Of a DNA stretch of 64,000 bases, positions 54,518 to 62,488 are shown one piece after another. Numbering within the stretch: the stretch's first letter is position 1; each line of letters opens with the position of its first letter. Source of the stretch: Candidatus Liptonbacteria bacterium (GTDB taxonomy: Bacteria > Patescibacteriota > Minisyncoccia > UBA6257 > 2-01-FULL-56-20); NCBI GenBank assembly GCA_016204385.1, contig JACQKW010000014.1:2193-66192 (forward strand). Reading direction: 5' to 3'. The position numbers and the translations under genes are program-made. The notes below the pieces were generated by a model. That model had not been told where the DNA came from, did no database searches, and was given only the letters and a program-made list of their open reading frames with translations.

Positions 54518-55201
54518 TCAAGAATTGCGGGAGAGCACCTGGACGTCAGCGGCCCACGCACTCGGGCTCGCGATGGAGTTCGCGTCCACGCTCCAGCCGT
54601 GGCCACCCCAGCCCGCCACGTAGACCGCGCAGAGCACCCTGGAGTCGTCCTTGATGTAGAAGATGTTCCACAGACCGTTCGTGAGGAGCGGGCCACGCTC
54701 GCAGTGCTTCTGCGCTGTCATAAGTGCAAAGAGTTCGGCAAGTGTGGTCTCGACTTTCTCACTGCCCAGTGCGGCGATGATGGATTCGTTCACGGACGAG
54801 CGGGAAAGCTTCCCGTACTTAAGAGTTGATCCTCCGAACGGTTGCTCCTCTTTGCCGAGGAACCACACTTTGAAGTTGTCTCCCAGACGGGAGATCTCCA
54901 CAGGCGCGGTTTTCCTGACGTTCACGACGAAGCGGTCGCGGGCGACAAATGGAGTCGTTGTTGCGGCAACCGTTGCCGTGCCGACAGAGATGAGGAGCGG
55001 TGCGGCCTCGGTTGCACGCTTCTCCTCTTGGGGAAGGAGTGCCTTGCGCAGAGCATTCTTCATGGCTCCGCGGTTACCATGCCACCACAAGGCGATATCT
55101 TCCGATACCTCCCCGGGGCGCGGGAGTTGAAGGAGGATGTCCGCTTGGAACTGAATGTACCAGCCCGGGACTCCGCTTGAGAGGGTTCCATGATCTGACA
55201 T
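54518..55201 (-). CDS. Hypothetical protein (227 aa)
   Basis: ATG ORF with its own terminator. No TM and no recognisable motif. Confidence 0.6.
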   Translation of the reverse strand: MSDHGTLSSGVPGWYIQFQADILLQLPRPGEVSEDIALWWHGNRGAMKNALRKALLPQEEKRATEAAPLLISVGTATVAATTTPFVARDRFVVNVRKTAPVEISRLGDNFKVWFLGKEEQPFGGSTLKYGKLSRSSVNESIIAALGSEKVETTLAELFALMTAQKHCERGPLLTNGLWNIFYIKDDSRVLCAVYVAGWGGHGWSVDANSIASPSAWAADVQVLSRNS

Positions 55202-55331
55202 GGTGGTTTCTCCCTTATTGTGAAATACGTTAACTGCTAGATATACTATGGCATCACTTCTATTTATCTGTCAAGCGCAGTCGCGCTTCCTTAATCCCAC
55301 GGCTCTCAAAAACTCGTCAATGATGCGATCG

Positions 55332-56042
55332 TTACATTATCGAGTTGTTATTATTTTTTCGCCGCCATTCTTCGATTTTCTTGTGATCGCCGGAAAGCAA
55401 CACTTTAGGTACCGCAAGTTTTTTTCTACCTGCGGCAAAAACTTCAGGCCGGGTATAGACGGGATACGAGCCCTTGATCTCCTCAAGCGATTCGCGCTTT
55501 CCCAAAAATCCGGGGAGAAAGCGGCTCACCGCTTCCATGAGCACGAGCGCGGGAAGTTCGCCTCCCGAGAGCACATAATCCCCTATCGAGATTTCTTCGT
55601 CCGCAATGTGCTCTGCCACCCGCTCATCCACGCCCTCATACCGCCCGCAGATGAGAATCAGCTGGTCGCACATCGCTAATCGCTTAGCGATTTTGGCATC
55701 CAATTTTCTGCCGCGAGTGGAAAATAAAATTACCTTCTGACGCTTTGCGCTTTGCGCTTTGCGCTTTGCCGTCGCGACCACCCTATATATCGGTTCAATC
55801 TTTAAGACCATCCCCGGCCCGCCGCCGAACGCGCGGTCGTCCACCTGCCCGAACGACCATTTTCGTTCGGCCCGCCCGACTGAACCGGTCGGGCGGGCCT
55901 GTGTGTGCCGCCCGGACGCGAAATCGCGGAGGTTGTGAATTTTAACCGCGAGTAGTCCTTCCTTCTGCGCGCGCCTCAAGAGTGACTCCGCAAGATAAGA
56001 ATCAAAAATCTTTGGGAAAATGGTTATTATATCAAAACGCAT
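55332..56042 (-). CDS. trmD: tRNA (guanine37-N1)-methyltransferase
   Basis: MRFDIITIFPKIFDSYL...VDDRAFGGGPGMV...LICGRYEGVDERV...SIGDYVLSGGELPA. Confidence 0.9.
   Translation of the reverse strand: MRFDIITIFPKIFDSYLAESLLRRAQKEGLLAVKIHNLRDFASGRHTQARPTGSVGRAERKWSFGQVDDRAFGGGPGMVLKIEPIYRVVATAKRKAQSAKRQKVILFSTRGRKLDAKIAKRLAMCDQLILICGRYEGVDERVAEHIADEEISIGDYVLSGGELPALVLMEAVSRFLPGFLGKRESLEEIKGSYPVYTRPEVFAAGRKKLAVPKVLLSGDHKKIEEWRRKNNNNSIM
55741..55768. repeat. Four perfect tandem copies of the heptamer cgctttg inside trmD
   Basis: Read directly: cgctttg x4. Encodes AKRKAQSAKRQ on the minus strand. Confidence 0.9.
55849..55899. repeat. Two adjacent perfect palindromes inside trmD, matching an in-frame 19-codon insertion
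   Basis: ccgaacga-ccattt-tcgttcgg (55849..55870) and ggcccgcccgac-tgaaccg-gtcgggcgggcc (55869..55899). Together they encode QARPTGSVGRAERKWSFGQ. Confidence 0.8.
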
Positions 56043-56128
56043 CCCAGCAAATTATTGTATAAAGAATCTCCTCCGAAGGAGGATCCCCGCCTCCGGCGGA
56101 GAAGATCGAGGGGAAGATGGTGACGATA

Positions 56129-57994
56129 TCAAACCGAACGCCCTTCTTGTTCATCCTGTGCGATTTCCGGAGGACGTGCGGCGTTTGAACCTTGAAGCGC
56201 TGATTTCACCGCTTCGCGGAGTTTTTCTATATCCACTTCCGCGTGCTTCCTGTGCTTCACCGCGGGCATCTCCGAGGGCTTGAGTTCCTTGAGCGACAGG
56301 TGCTCTCTCGCCTCGTCCCGGGGCGCGGGAACCTCCTCAAAGACAGGTTTTTTGGGCGGCCGGAGCTCCACTTTTTCCTCTCTCGGCTTTTCGAACTCAA
56401 TGCCGAAATCGCCAAGGTCGGACATGAATCGTTCTTCAGCGCGCGGGCGTTCAACCTTCTCAACCTTGACCCGCGGCATCTCCCCCGCTTTCACTTTTGC
56501 GAGGCACTCGCGGCAGTAGATCGGCCGCCCTGCCGTGGGAATGAAATTCAACTCGGTGTGCTTCCCGCACGAGGAACACACTGCCGGATACCTGATCTTC
56601 GTGTCACTCACGGCTCCCGCGCGCTCCCGCCGCTCGCGGGACGGAGGAGAGGAAACCCCCATGGTCTCCCCCATCATATCGCCCATCATGCCGCTCCAAC
56701 GATTAATTTCTTCTTCCACCGCCTCGCGCGGCTTTCCGTAGAGCGCGCGCGACGACTCAATAATCTCGTTTACGTGCATTGACGATCCGGGAATCTTGAA
56801 TGGCGGAAGCGTGTTTGCCGAAAAAGGCCTGCTCGTGATGCCGTCAACCATAAGCTTCAGATACACGCAATAATTTGGGAGATTCACCAGATCCTGCATG
56901 TTGAATTCCGGCTCGAATTCCTTCTCAAAGAATTCCGCGTCTCCGGCGCCCACGCGGAACGTAACCATGGTTCCCACGTTCCCGAATACCGCGTCGCGCA
57001 CCACGGTCGATACATCGGTGATGAGCTGACCCACATACTGGTGGGCGAGAATCAGATTCAGGCGATACTTCCGCGCTTCGGAAAGAATGCCCGCAAAGGA
57101 ATCCGTGGCAAAATTTTGGAACTCGTCCACATAGAGGTAAAAATCTTCCCGCTCATCTTCCGGAATACGGACGCGCTCCATCGCCGAGAGCTGAATCTTC
57201 GTAATGAGCATCGCGCCCAACAGCGCGGAGTTGTCCTCGCCGATCCTTCCTTTCGAGACATTCACGAGGAAGATCTTCTTCGTGTTCATAATGTCGAAGA
57301 TGTCAATCGTGCTCTTTGACTGCCCCACCACGTTCCTGATGAGACTCGTCGAAAGAAACTGGCCCACTTTGTTCTGAATGGGGGCAATGGCTTCGTTCCG
57401 GAACTGGTCGCGCCACTGCTCGTACTCGTTCACCCAAAATGCTTTGACCACGGGATCTCTTACGTTATTGATTATTTTTTGCCGATAGTCCTTGTCAACC
57501 AGAATCCTCGTGATGCCCAAAAGGGTCGTTCCCGGCGTCTCAAGAAGCGCAAGGATCGCATTGTTCATAATGTACTCCATCCTCGCGGACCACACATTCG
57601 CCCAGATTTTCGTAAAAATCGCCATAAGCCCCGAGGCCACAAGGTGCTTATACTTCGGATCGGGAAGCTCAAGCACGTTGAAGCCGAGATGATAGTCGGT
57701 ATCCGCAGGGTTAAAATACACCACGTCTTTCACGCGCTGCTCGGGAATCTTTGAGATGATGCTTTCCACTAATTCGCCGTGCGGATCCACCACGCACACC
57801 CCTTCGCCGTTTATAATATCTTGCACTACCATGTTATGGAGGAGCGCGGTTTTCCCCGTGCCCGTCTTGCCCACCACGTACATGTGCTGCCTGCGGTCGC
57901 GGCGCTTCACGCCAAAGAGCCGATTCGTATTCCGAAAATCAGTTCTGCCGAAATAGACGACCTCCGCGGCCGCGGGAAGAGCCGATCGCATCAT
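56129..57994 (-). CDS. TraG/VirD4/TraD-like P-loop ATPase with C-terminal zinc-ribbon tail (paralog 2)
   Basis: Walker A VVGKTGTGKTAL, YVDEFQNF, and EARKYRLNLILAHQ. The C-terminal tail contains CSSCGKHTELNFIPTAGRPIYCRECL. No N-terminal TM. The ATG at 57994 is preferred over the TTG at 58012. Confidence 0.8.
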   Translation of the reverse strand: MMRSALPAAAEVVYFGRTDFRNTNRLFGVKRRDRRQHMYVVGKTGTGKTALLHNMVVQDIINGEGVCVVDPHGELVESIISKIPEQRVKDVVYFNPADTDYHLGFNVLELPDPKYKHLVASGLMAIFTKIWANVWSARMEYIMNNAILALLETPGTTLLGITRILVDKDYRQKIINNVRDPVVKAFWVNEYEQWRDQFRNEAIAPIQNKVGQFLSTSLIRNVVGQSKSTIDIFDIMNTKKIFLVNVSKGRIGEDNSALLGAMLITKIQLSAMERVRIPEDEREDFYLYVDEFQNFATDSFAGILSEARKYRLNLILAHQYVGQLITDVSTVVRDAVFGNVGTMVTFRVGAGDAEFFEKEFEPEFNMQDLVNLPNYCVYLKLMVDGITSRPFSANTLPPFKIPGSSMHVNEIIESSRALYGKPREAVEEEINRWSGMMGDMMGETMGVSSPPSRERRERAGAVSDTKIRYPAVCSSCGKHTELNFIPTAGRPIYCRECLAKVKAGEMPRVKVEKVERPRAEERFMSDLGDFGIEFEKPREEKVELRPPKKPVFEEVPAPRDEAREHLSLKELKPSEMPAVKHRKHAEVDIEKLREAVKSALQGSNAARPPEIAQDEQEGRSV

Positions 57995-58069
57995 ACGTAT
58001 AGTATATCCCAAAAAACGCCGTGAAAAAAGAGGCGGTGATGCGCACTGGACGCACGCCCCGCATGAACT

Positions 58070-58375
58070 CTACGCCACGCAGCTCATGAGCCAATCCTTA
58101 TACTCGCGATTCAGGCGAAAAAGCGAGAACGACGCCACGCACGGCACCTTGTAGCTGTGGAGCTCGCGCACGATGTCTTCCACTTGGTGTACTTTGGAAT
58201 CAATCGTCTTTACGATCATGGCGGCCTCGGGAACATCTTTCACTGCTCCATTTTCAGGATAGACGGAATGAATGAGATGGATATTCACGCATCCCGCCGC
58301 TTTGCGCTTAATGAGCGCGTGCGAAATCTTCTTCGCTTCTTCCTCGTTTTTGCAGGTGATATAGAGAAAGAGCAT
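58070..58375 (-). CDS. cutA: Divalent-cation tolerance protein CutA
   Basis: MLFLYITCKNEEEAKKISHALIKRKAAGCVNI...YKVPCV... is typical CutA1. Confidence 0.85.
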   Translation of the reverse strand: MLFLYITCKNEEEAKKISHALIKRKAAGCVNIHLIHSVYPENGAVKDVPEAAMIVKTIDSKVHQVEDIVRELHSYKVPCVASFSLFRLNREYKDWLMSCVA

Positions 58376-58440
58376 AGAGGTAAAACGTAGAGCGACCTTT
58401 CCGGGTAGTAGTCCGCCTCAGGCGGATCACTGCCTGGTTT

Positions 58441-58511
58441 CCCGGTAGTAGAACTTCGATCATTTACCAATATTGTTCGCATAGCGAACCAATCGAAGTT
58501 TCACTACCGGG
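58441..58511. repeat. Imperfect 20-bp inverted repeat enclosing a second hairpin (cutA leader)
   Basis: cccggtagtagaacttcgat (58441..58460) against atcgaagtttcactaccggg (58492..58511). Inner hairpin ttcgc-ata-gcgaa. A third related copy, ccgggtagtag, lies at 58401..58411. Confidence 0.7.
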
Positions 58512-58521
58512 TTTCACCCGC

Positions 58522-58550
58522 ATTATACGCGCGGGATTGCCTCAAAACAA
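58522..58550 (-). promoter_or_regulatory. Putative promoter for cutA
   Basis: The minus strand reads TTGTTT, 17 nt, TATAAT, giving a structured 5' leader of about 135 nt. Confidence 0.45.
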
Positions 58551-58716
58551 CGGCGTGAAGTTTACCTATTAAAAATCCCCCTCAAGAACGAAATTGCGCG
58601 ATGCGTTATCGCGAAGGCAAGAGAAGAAAAAAGAAGTTTAATCGTTTTTAAAAAAATGTGCAGCCGCCTCATGCGCTTCTTATTCTAATATTCTTAAGAA
58701 CATTAGAACAATAAGA

Positions 58717-60549
58717 TTAGACGATCTCTGACTGATAGCATTGCTCGCAGTAGACGATTTCAGGGCGCTCGGGGGCGTAGCTTGTTTCGAATTCGTTCGG
58801 GCACGGTTGCTCGCCGTGGAAGTGGGTTGCAGAGTTTTTATACGCAGGTTCCCCTTTGCCGCGTGCGCCGTGCGAGCCGAGACACGTGCACCGCCTGTGC
58901 CACAACCGATAGCGCCGCTTCCCCTCCACACGCTCGTAATGCCGGCACTCGGGACACAACCGCGGGAGGGGCACGCGGAGCCGCCGGTAAAATTCGAGTT
59001 CCTTGGGTACGATTTTAAATACACCTTTGCATTGGTGGAGACAGTGCGCGCGGTGGCCGCACGTGATCACCGTTTCAAAGATATCGCCCTCTGTATCCTT
59101 GATGTGGTCGGGAAGCTCTTCGGGCGAGAGGGCCTGCTCGTAATTTTTCTCTTCCACATCCCGCCATCGAAACTTTTTCTCAAGCGCGGCGTCTTTCGTG
59201 AGCGGAAAGTACTCATGCGCCATGGAATCGTTGTAGGCAATCGTGGAAAACTCCGGAGGGAAATATTCCCCGTAGCGATACACGATTTGCCATTTGCCAT
59301 TTGCTCTTTGCGATACATACGGCATCTCGTTCATGTGCGCCATGATTTTCGGAACGAGTTTCTCATACTCCTCTTTGGTATATTGCTTGTTTAAAATACA
59401 GTATTCCTTGTTCCGAAGCCCCGCACATCCAAAAAGATGCGCGCACCCGAACGCAGTCATGGAATAGCGGACGTCGAACGAATCGGTTGCTCCCGTTGAG
59501 AAAAACACCCGCTCCGAGCCGATCGCGTTCGCCTCATAGAGAAGCTCGGCGCGCGCGCCTCCGCTAAAGACATCGTAGGAATCCTTAAGCCTTCGGCCGC
59601 CTATAAGCGCGTATTTTACGTTTTCGCCGCCGTCCCGGATTTCAAAGCTAAACTTGCAGTTCTTCGCATGTTCAATGTTGTCTCCCGTACAATCAACCGC
59701 GTTTTTCGAGATCATGTAGCGGCGCGGAAACCGGGCGATAAGCTCAGCGTGCCTCGCGTGAACCATCTGAAGCGTCCGATAGCTTCCAAGATCCATTTTT
59801 GCCATCTCTGCCTCATAATCCTTTTTCGAATAAGGTTTATTAAAAATATGGTACTGCTTGTTCCGGAGGCCCACGCAGCCGAAACAATTCGATACATTGT
59901 GGCAATCGTAGAGGAAGGAGGAGTCCATGCATTCAACGCAATACGCGCTAAAGCGAAGATTAAAGCACCGTGTGCAGGAGAAACACTCATAGAGCACTTC
60001 GCAAAAGATACAGATGGAAGTGTCCACCGCGTCGCGGCAGAGCGCGGGGGTGTTCGAATACATGCAATCCTGCGAGAAATATGCGCCCGAGACAAGATAG
60101 CAATTTTTTGAATTGATTGCCGACGTGCAGTAATCGCAATTCACCGAGTTCGTGATATTCATGTTCGGGCGTGGAACCGCGCCCTTGAGCTCAAAGAACT
60201 GTTCAAAAAACGGCTGCGAGAAATCATACTCTCTGCCATACCGCAGAGGATCCCATTTGTCCGACCACCAATACGCTTGATCATAGACCACATCGCCGCC
60301 ACCGGGCGGATAGCGACTGATAAGTTCCTCGTTGTGGCCCGGCGCCTCACACTTCCGCTTAAAGAGAGCGCGCTCGTTGGATCCCACCATTTTCCTCATC
60401 ATCCTGCACTCCGGGCAGAACGTCGGCGGCGGGACGGAGATTTTCTCGTAGAACTGGAAATCTTGAGCGTCTATTACAAATTGCCCCTTACAGTTCTGGC
60501 AGGTCGCAGACACTGAGCGTAGCGAATGTGTTTTTGTTTCCTGATTCAT
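58717..60549 (-). CDS. Multi-zinc-ribbon Cys-repeat protein, paralog P4
   Basis: 610 aa. MNQETKTHSLRSVSATCQNCKGQFVIDAQDFQFYEKISVPPPTFCPECR...PEIVYCEQCYQSEIV. Confidence 0.9.
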   Translation of the reverse strand: MNQETKTHSLRSVSATCQNCKGQFVIDAQDFQFYEKISVPPPTFCPECRMMRKMVGSNERALFKRKCEAPGHNEELISRYPPGGGDVVYDQAYWWSDKWDPLRYGREYDFSQPFFEQFFELKGAVPRPNMNITNSVNCDYCTSAINSKNCYLVSGAYFSQDCMYSNTPALCRDAVDTSICIFCEVLYECFSCTRCFNLRFSAYCVECMDSSFLYDCHNVSNCFGCVGLRNKQYHIFNKPYSKKDYEAEMAKMDLGSYRTLQMVHARHAELIARFPRRYMISKNAVDCTGDNIEHAKNCKFSFEIRDGGENVKYALIGGRRLKDSYDVFSGGARAELLYEANAIGSERVFFSTGATDSFDVRYSMTAFGCAHLFGCAGLRNKEYCILNKQYTKEEYEKLVPKIMAHMNEMPYVSQRANGKWQIVYRYGEYFPPEFSTIAYNDSMAHEYFPLTKDAALEKKFRWRDVEEKNYEQALSPEELPDHIKDTEGDIFETVITCGHRAHCLHQCKGVFKIVPKELEFYRRLRVPLPRLCPECRHYERVEGKRRYRLWHRRCTCLGSHGARGKGEPAYKNSATHFHGEQPCPNEFETSYAPERPEIVYCEQCYQSEIV

Positions 60550-60555
60550 TGATTT

Positions 60556-60647
60556 TTATCCCGCCGATGGCGGGATCCTCGATTTTGTAAATTCGCTTCG
60601 CTCATACAAAATCGGACAATTTTGGCAGATTTTGGTTTGCGCTTCGG
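60556..60647 (-). pseudogene. Fossil 5' end of a Cys-repeat paralog in the P5-P4 spacer
   Basis: Directly after the P5 stop the minus strand reads EAQTKICQNCPILYERSEFTKSRIPPSAG*. Compare the family N-terminus ETKxCQNCKxxFxIxxxDFxFYEKIxVPPPT. The segment between CQNC and FYEK is deleted. Confidence 0.5.
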
Positions 60648-62441
60648 TCATATCACTTCTGCCTGATAGCACGGCTCGCAGTAGACGATTTCAGGGCGCT
60701 CGGGCTGGTAGCTGGTTTCAAAAGCATTCGGACAGTGCTCTCCGTTTTTATGAGAGGTGTGAGGAAGACCGAGATTTGCGTATTGATGATTGGTGCGCGG
60801 TTGTTCGTCGCTTGTCTCGCCCGCACACATGCATTTCCTCGCATACCACTTCATCGGATTTCTAAATTGCATCCGCTCCCGATGACGGCAACCGTCGCAG
60901 AGACGTGGCAGGGGCAGTCTAAAACGTTTATAAAACTCGAATTCCGGCTTCACGATCCGATAGGCGCGCGCGCAGGAAAGGCATTCGATAATTTCTTTCG
61001 TGACGTCCTGTGCGACGTCATTAATATGATCGGGAAGGTCGCTTGAACGGATAGTAGTATCAAATTTCTTTTTGTCCTCTTCCCACCAGTTGAAACCGCC
61101 TTGCGCTGCCGCCTCTTTACTTTTCGGAAAATAATCGCTGGCTGCCGACTCGTTGTATCCCAAGGGCGAAAACTCTGGCGGGAAGAATTCGCCGTATCGG
61201 TACTTCCTCTCGTTCTGATCCTTAAAAGGCATGGCGTGCATGTGTTCGATAATTCTTTTCCTAAGTTCTTTGAACTCCTGCGGAGAATATTCCTTGTTCA
61301 AAATGCAATACTGCTTTTTCTTGAGACCCACGCACCCAAAAAGATTAGATGAGGAATGACACAGCATGCAATATTCCAGATTTTCGCAATCGGGCCAACA
61401 GTCAGTACAGAATTTAAGATCATAACAGTTTTCTCCGCAGACGACTGCTTCATATATGAGCTCTGAATCGCCGCCCCAGCTCGTAAAATCAGACGAATCC
61501 CTGGCATCAACCATGTCCTGGGAGTATCTTATGTTTTCCATATTCAGTCCCTGATAGGAGCGGAAGACGTTCTTTGCGTGATAAATATACTCCCCCACCA
61601 CGTTTGTATTGTGGGTGCCGTGCGCGTACCGCATCGGAAACCGCGACCAAAATTCATGCGCTTTTCTCTTCGACTCCTCGAGCGCCCGATATGACCCGAG
61701 GTTAAACTCTTTTATCTTTTTCATGTACTCCTCTTTTGCATGCGGCTCATTGAAAATGTGATACTGTTTGTGCCGCAAATTCACGCATCCGAAACAGTCG
61801 CTGCAGTTATCGCAGTTAAGGCAAAACCACACGTTCCGGCAGTCGCCGCTCTCTACGGTAAAAAAAACTTGCCAGCAACGGCCGGCAGAAAAAACCTCAT
61901 AGCACAGCTCGCAGTTGTTTGTCATGTAGAAATCCATCGAATTTCTCATACTCAAAAATTTTATGCCGTAGAGGCAGTTTTCTGATTTATCGCCATGGGA
62001 TCCTCCATTAAAACAGAGGTAGCAGTCTTTGAGATCGGCAACCTGGTTGCAATAATCACTGCGGACAAGGTTCTTGATGGATCGCGAGGGCCACGGCACG
62101 GCGTACATCAACTCGCGAAATTGCTCAAAAAATGGTTTTGAGAAGTCATACTCCCGGCCGTAGGCCATGGGGTCCCAGTTGTCAGACCACCAGTAATCAT
62201 GATCGTAGATCTTGACCGGTGACGCCTTCGAAAAAGTAGAAAAGACTTCTTTTCCTGCAAGCGCCTCTGGCTTCCGAAAGAGAGTACGTTCAGACCAAAA
62301 CGCATACCGCCGCACGGCACGGCACTCCGGGCAGAACGTCGGCGGCGGGACGGAGATTTTTTCGTAAAATAAGAAATCTTCGGGTTCGATGGTGAACTGG
62401 GTTTTACAGTTTTGGCAGGTTTTAGTTTCTGACTGATTCAT
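60648..62441 (-). CDS. Multi-zinc-ribbon Cys-repeat protein, paralog P5
   Basis: 597 aa. MNQSETKTCQNCKTQFTIEPEDFLFYEKISVPPPTFCPECR...PEIVYCEPCYQAEVI. Confidence 0.9.
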   Translation of the reverse strand: MNQSETKTCQNCKTQFTIEPEDFLFYEKISVPPPTFCPECRAVRRYAFWSERTLFRKPEALAGKEVFSTFSKASPVKIYDHDYWWSDNWDPMAYGREYDFSKPFFEQFRELMYAVPWPSRSIKNLVRSDYCNQVADLKDCYLCFNGGSHGDKSENCLYGIKFLSMRNSMDFYMTNNCELCYEVFSAGRCWQVFFTVESGDCRNVWFCLNCDNCSDCFGCVNLRHKQYHIFNEPHAKEEYMKKIKEFNLGSYRALEESKRKAHEFWSRFPMRYAHGTHNTNVVGEYIYHAKNVFRSYQGLNMENIRYSQDMVDARDSSDFTSWGGDSELIYEAVVCGENCYDLKFCTDCWPDCENLEYCMLCHSSSNLFGCVGLKKKQYCILNKEYSPQEFKELRKRIIEHMHAMPFKDQNERKYRYGEFFPPEFSPLGYNESAASDYFPKSKEAAAQGGFNWWEEDKKKFDTTIRSSDLPDHINDVAQDVTKEIIECLSCARAYRIVKPEFEFYKRFRLPLPRLCDGCRHRERMQFRNPMKWYARKCMCAGETSDEQPRTNHQYANLGLPHTSHKNGEHCPNAFETSYQPERPEIVYCEPCYQAEVI

Positions 62442-62488
62442 GGCACAGGAAACATCATCCCTACATTCTCAAGTATGTTAGGATGTTT

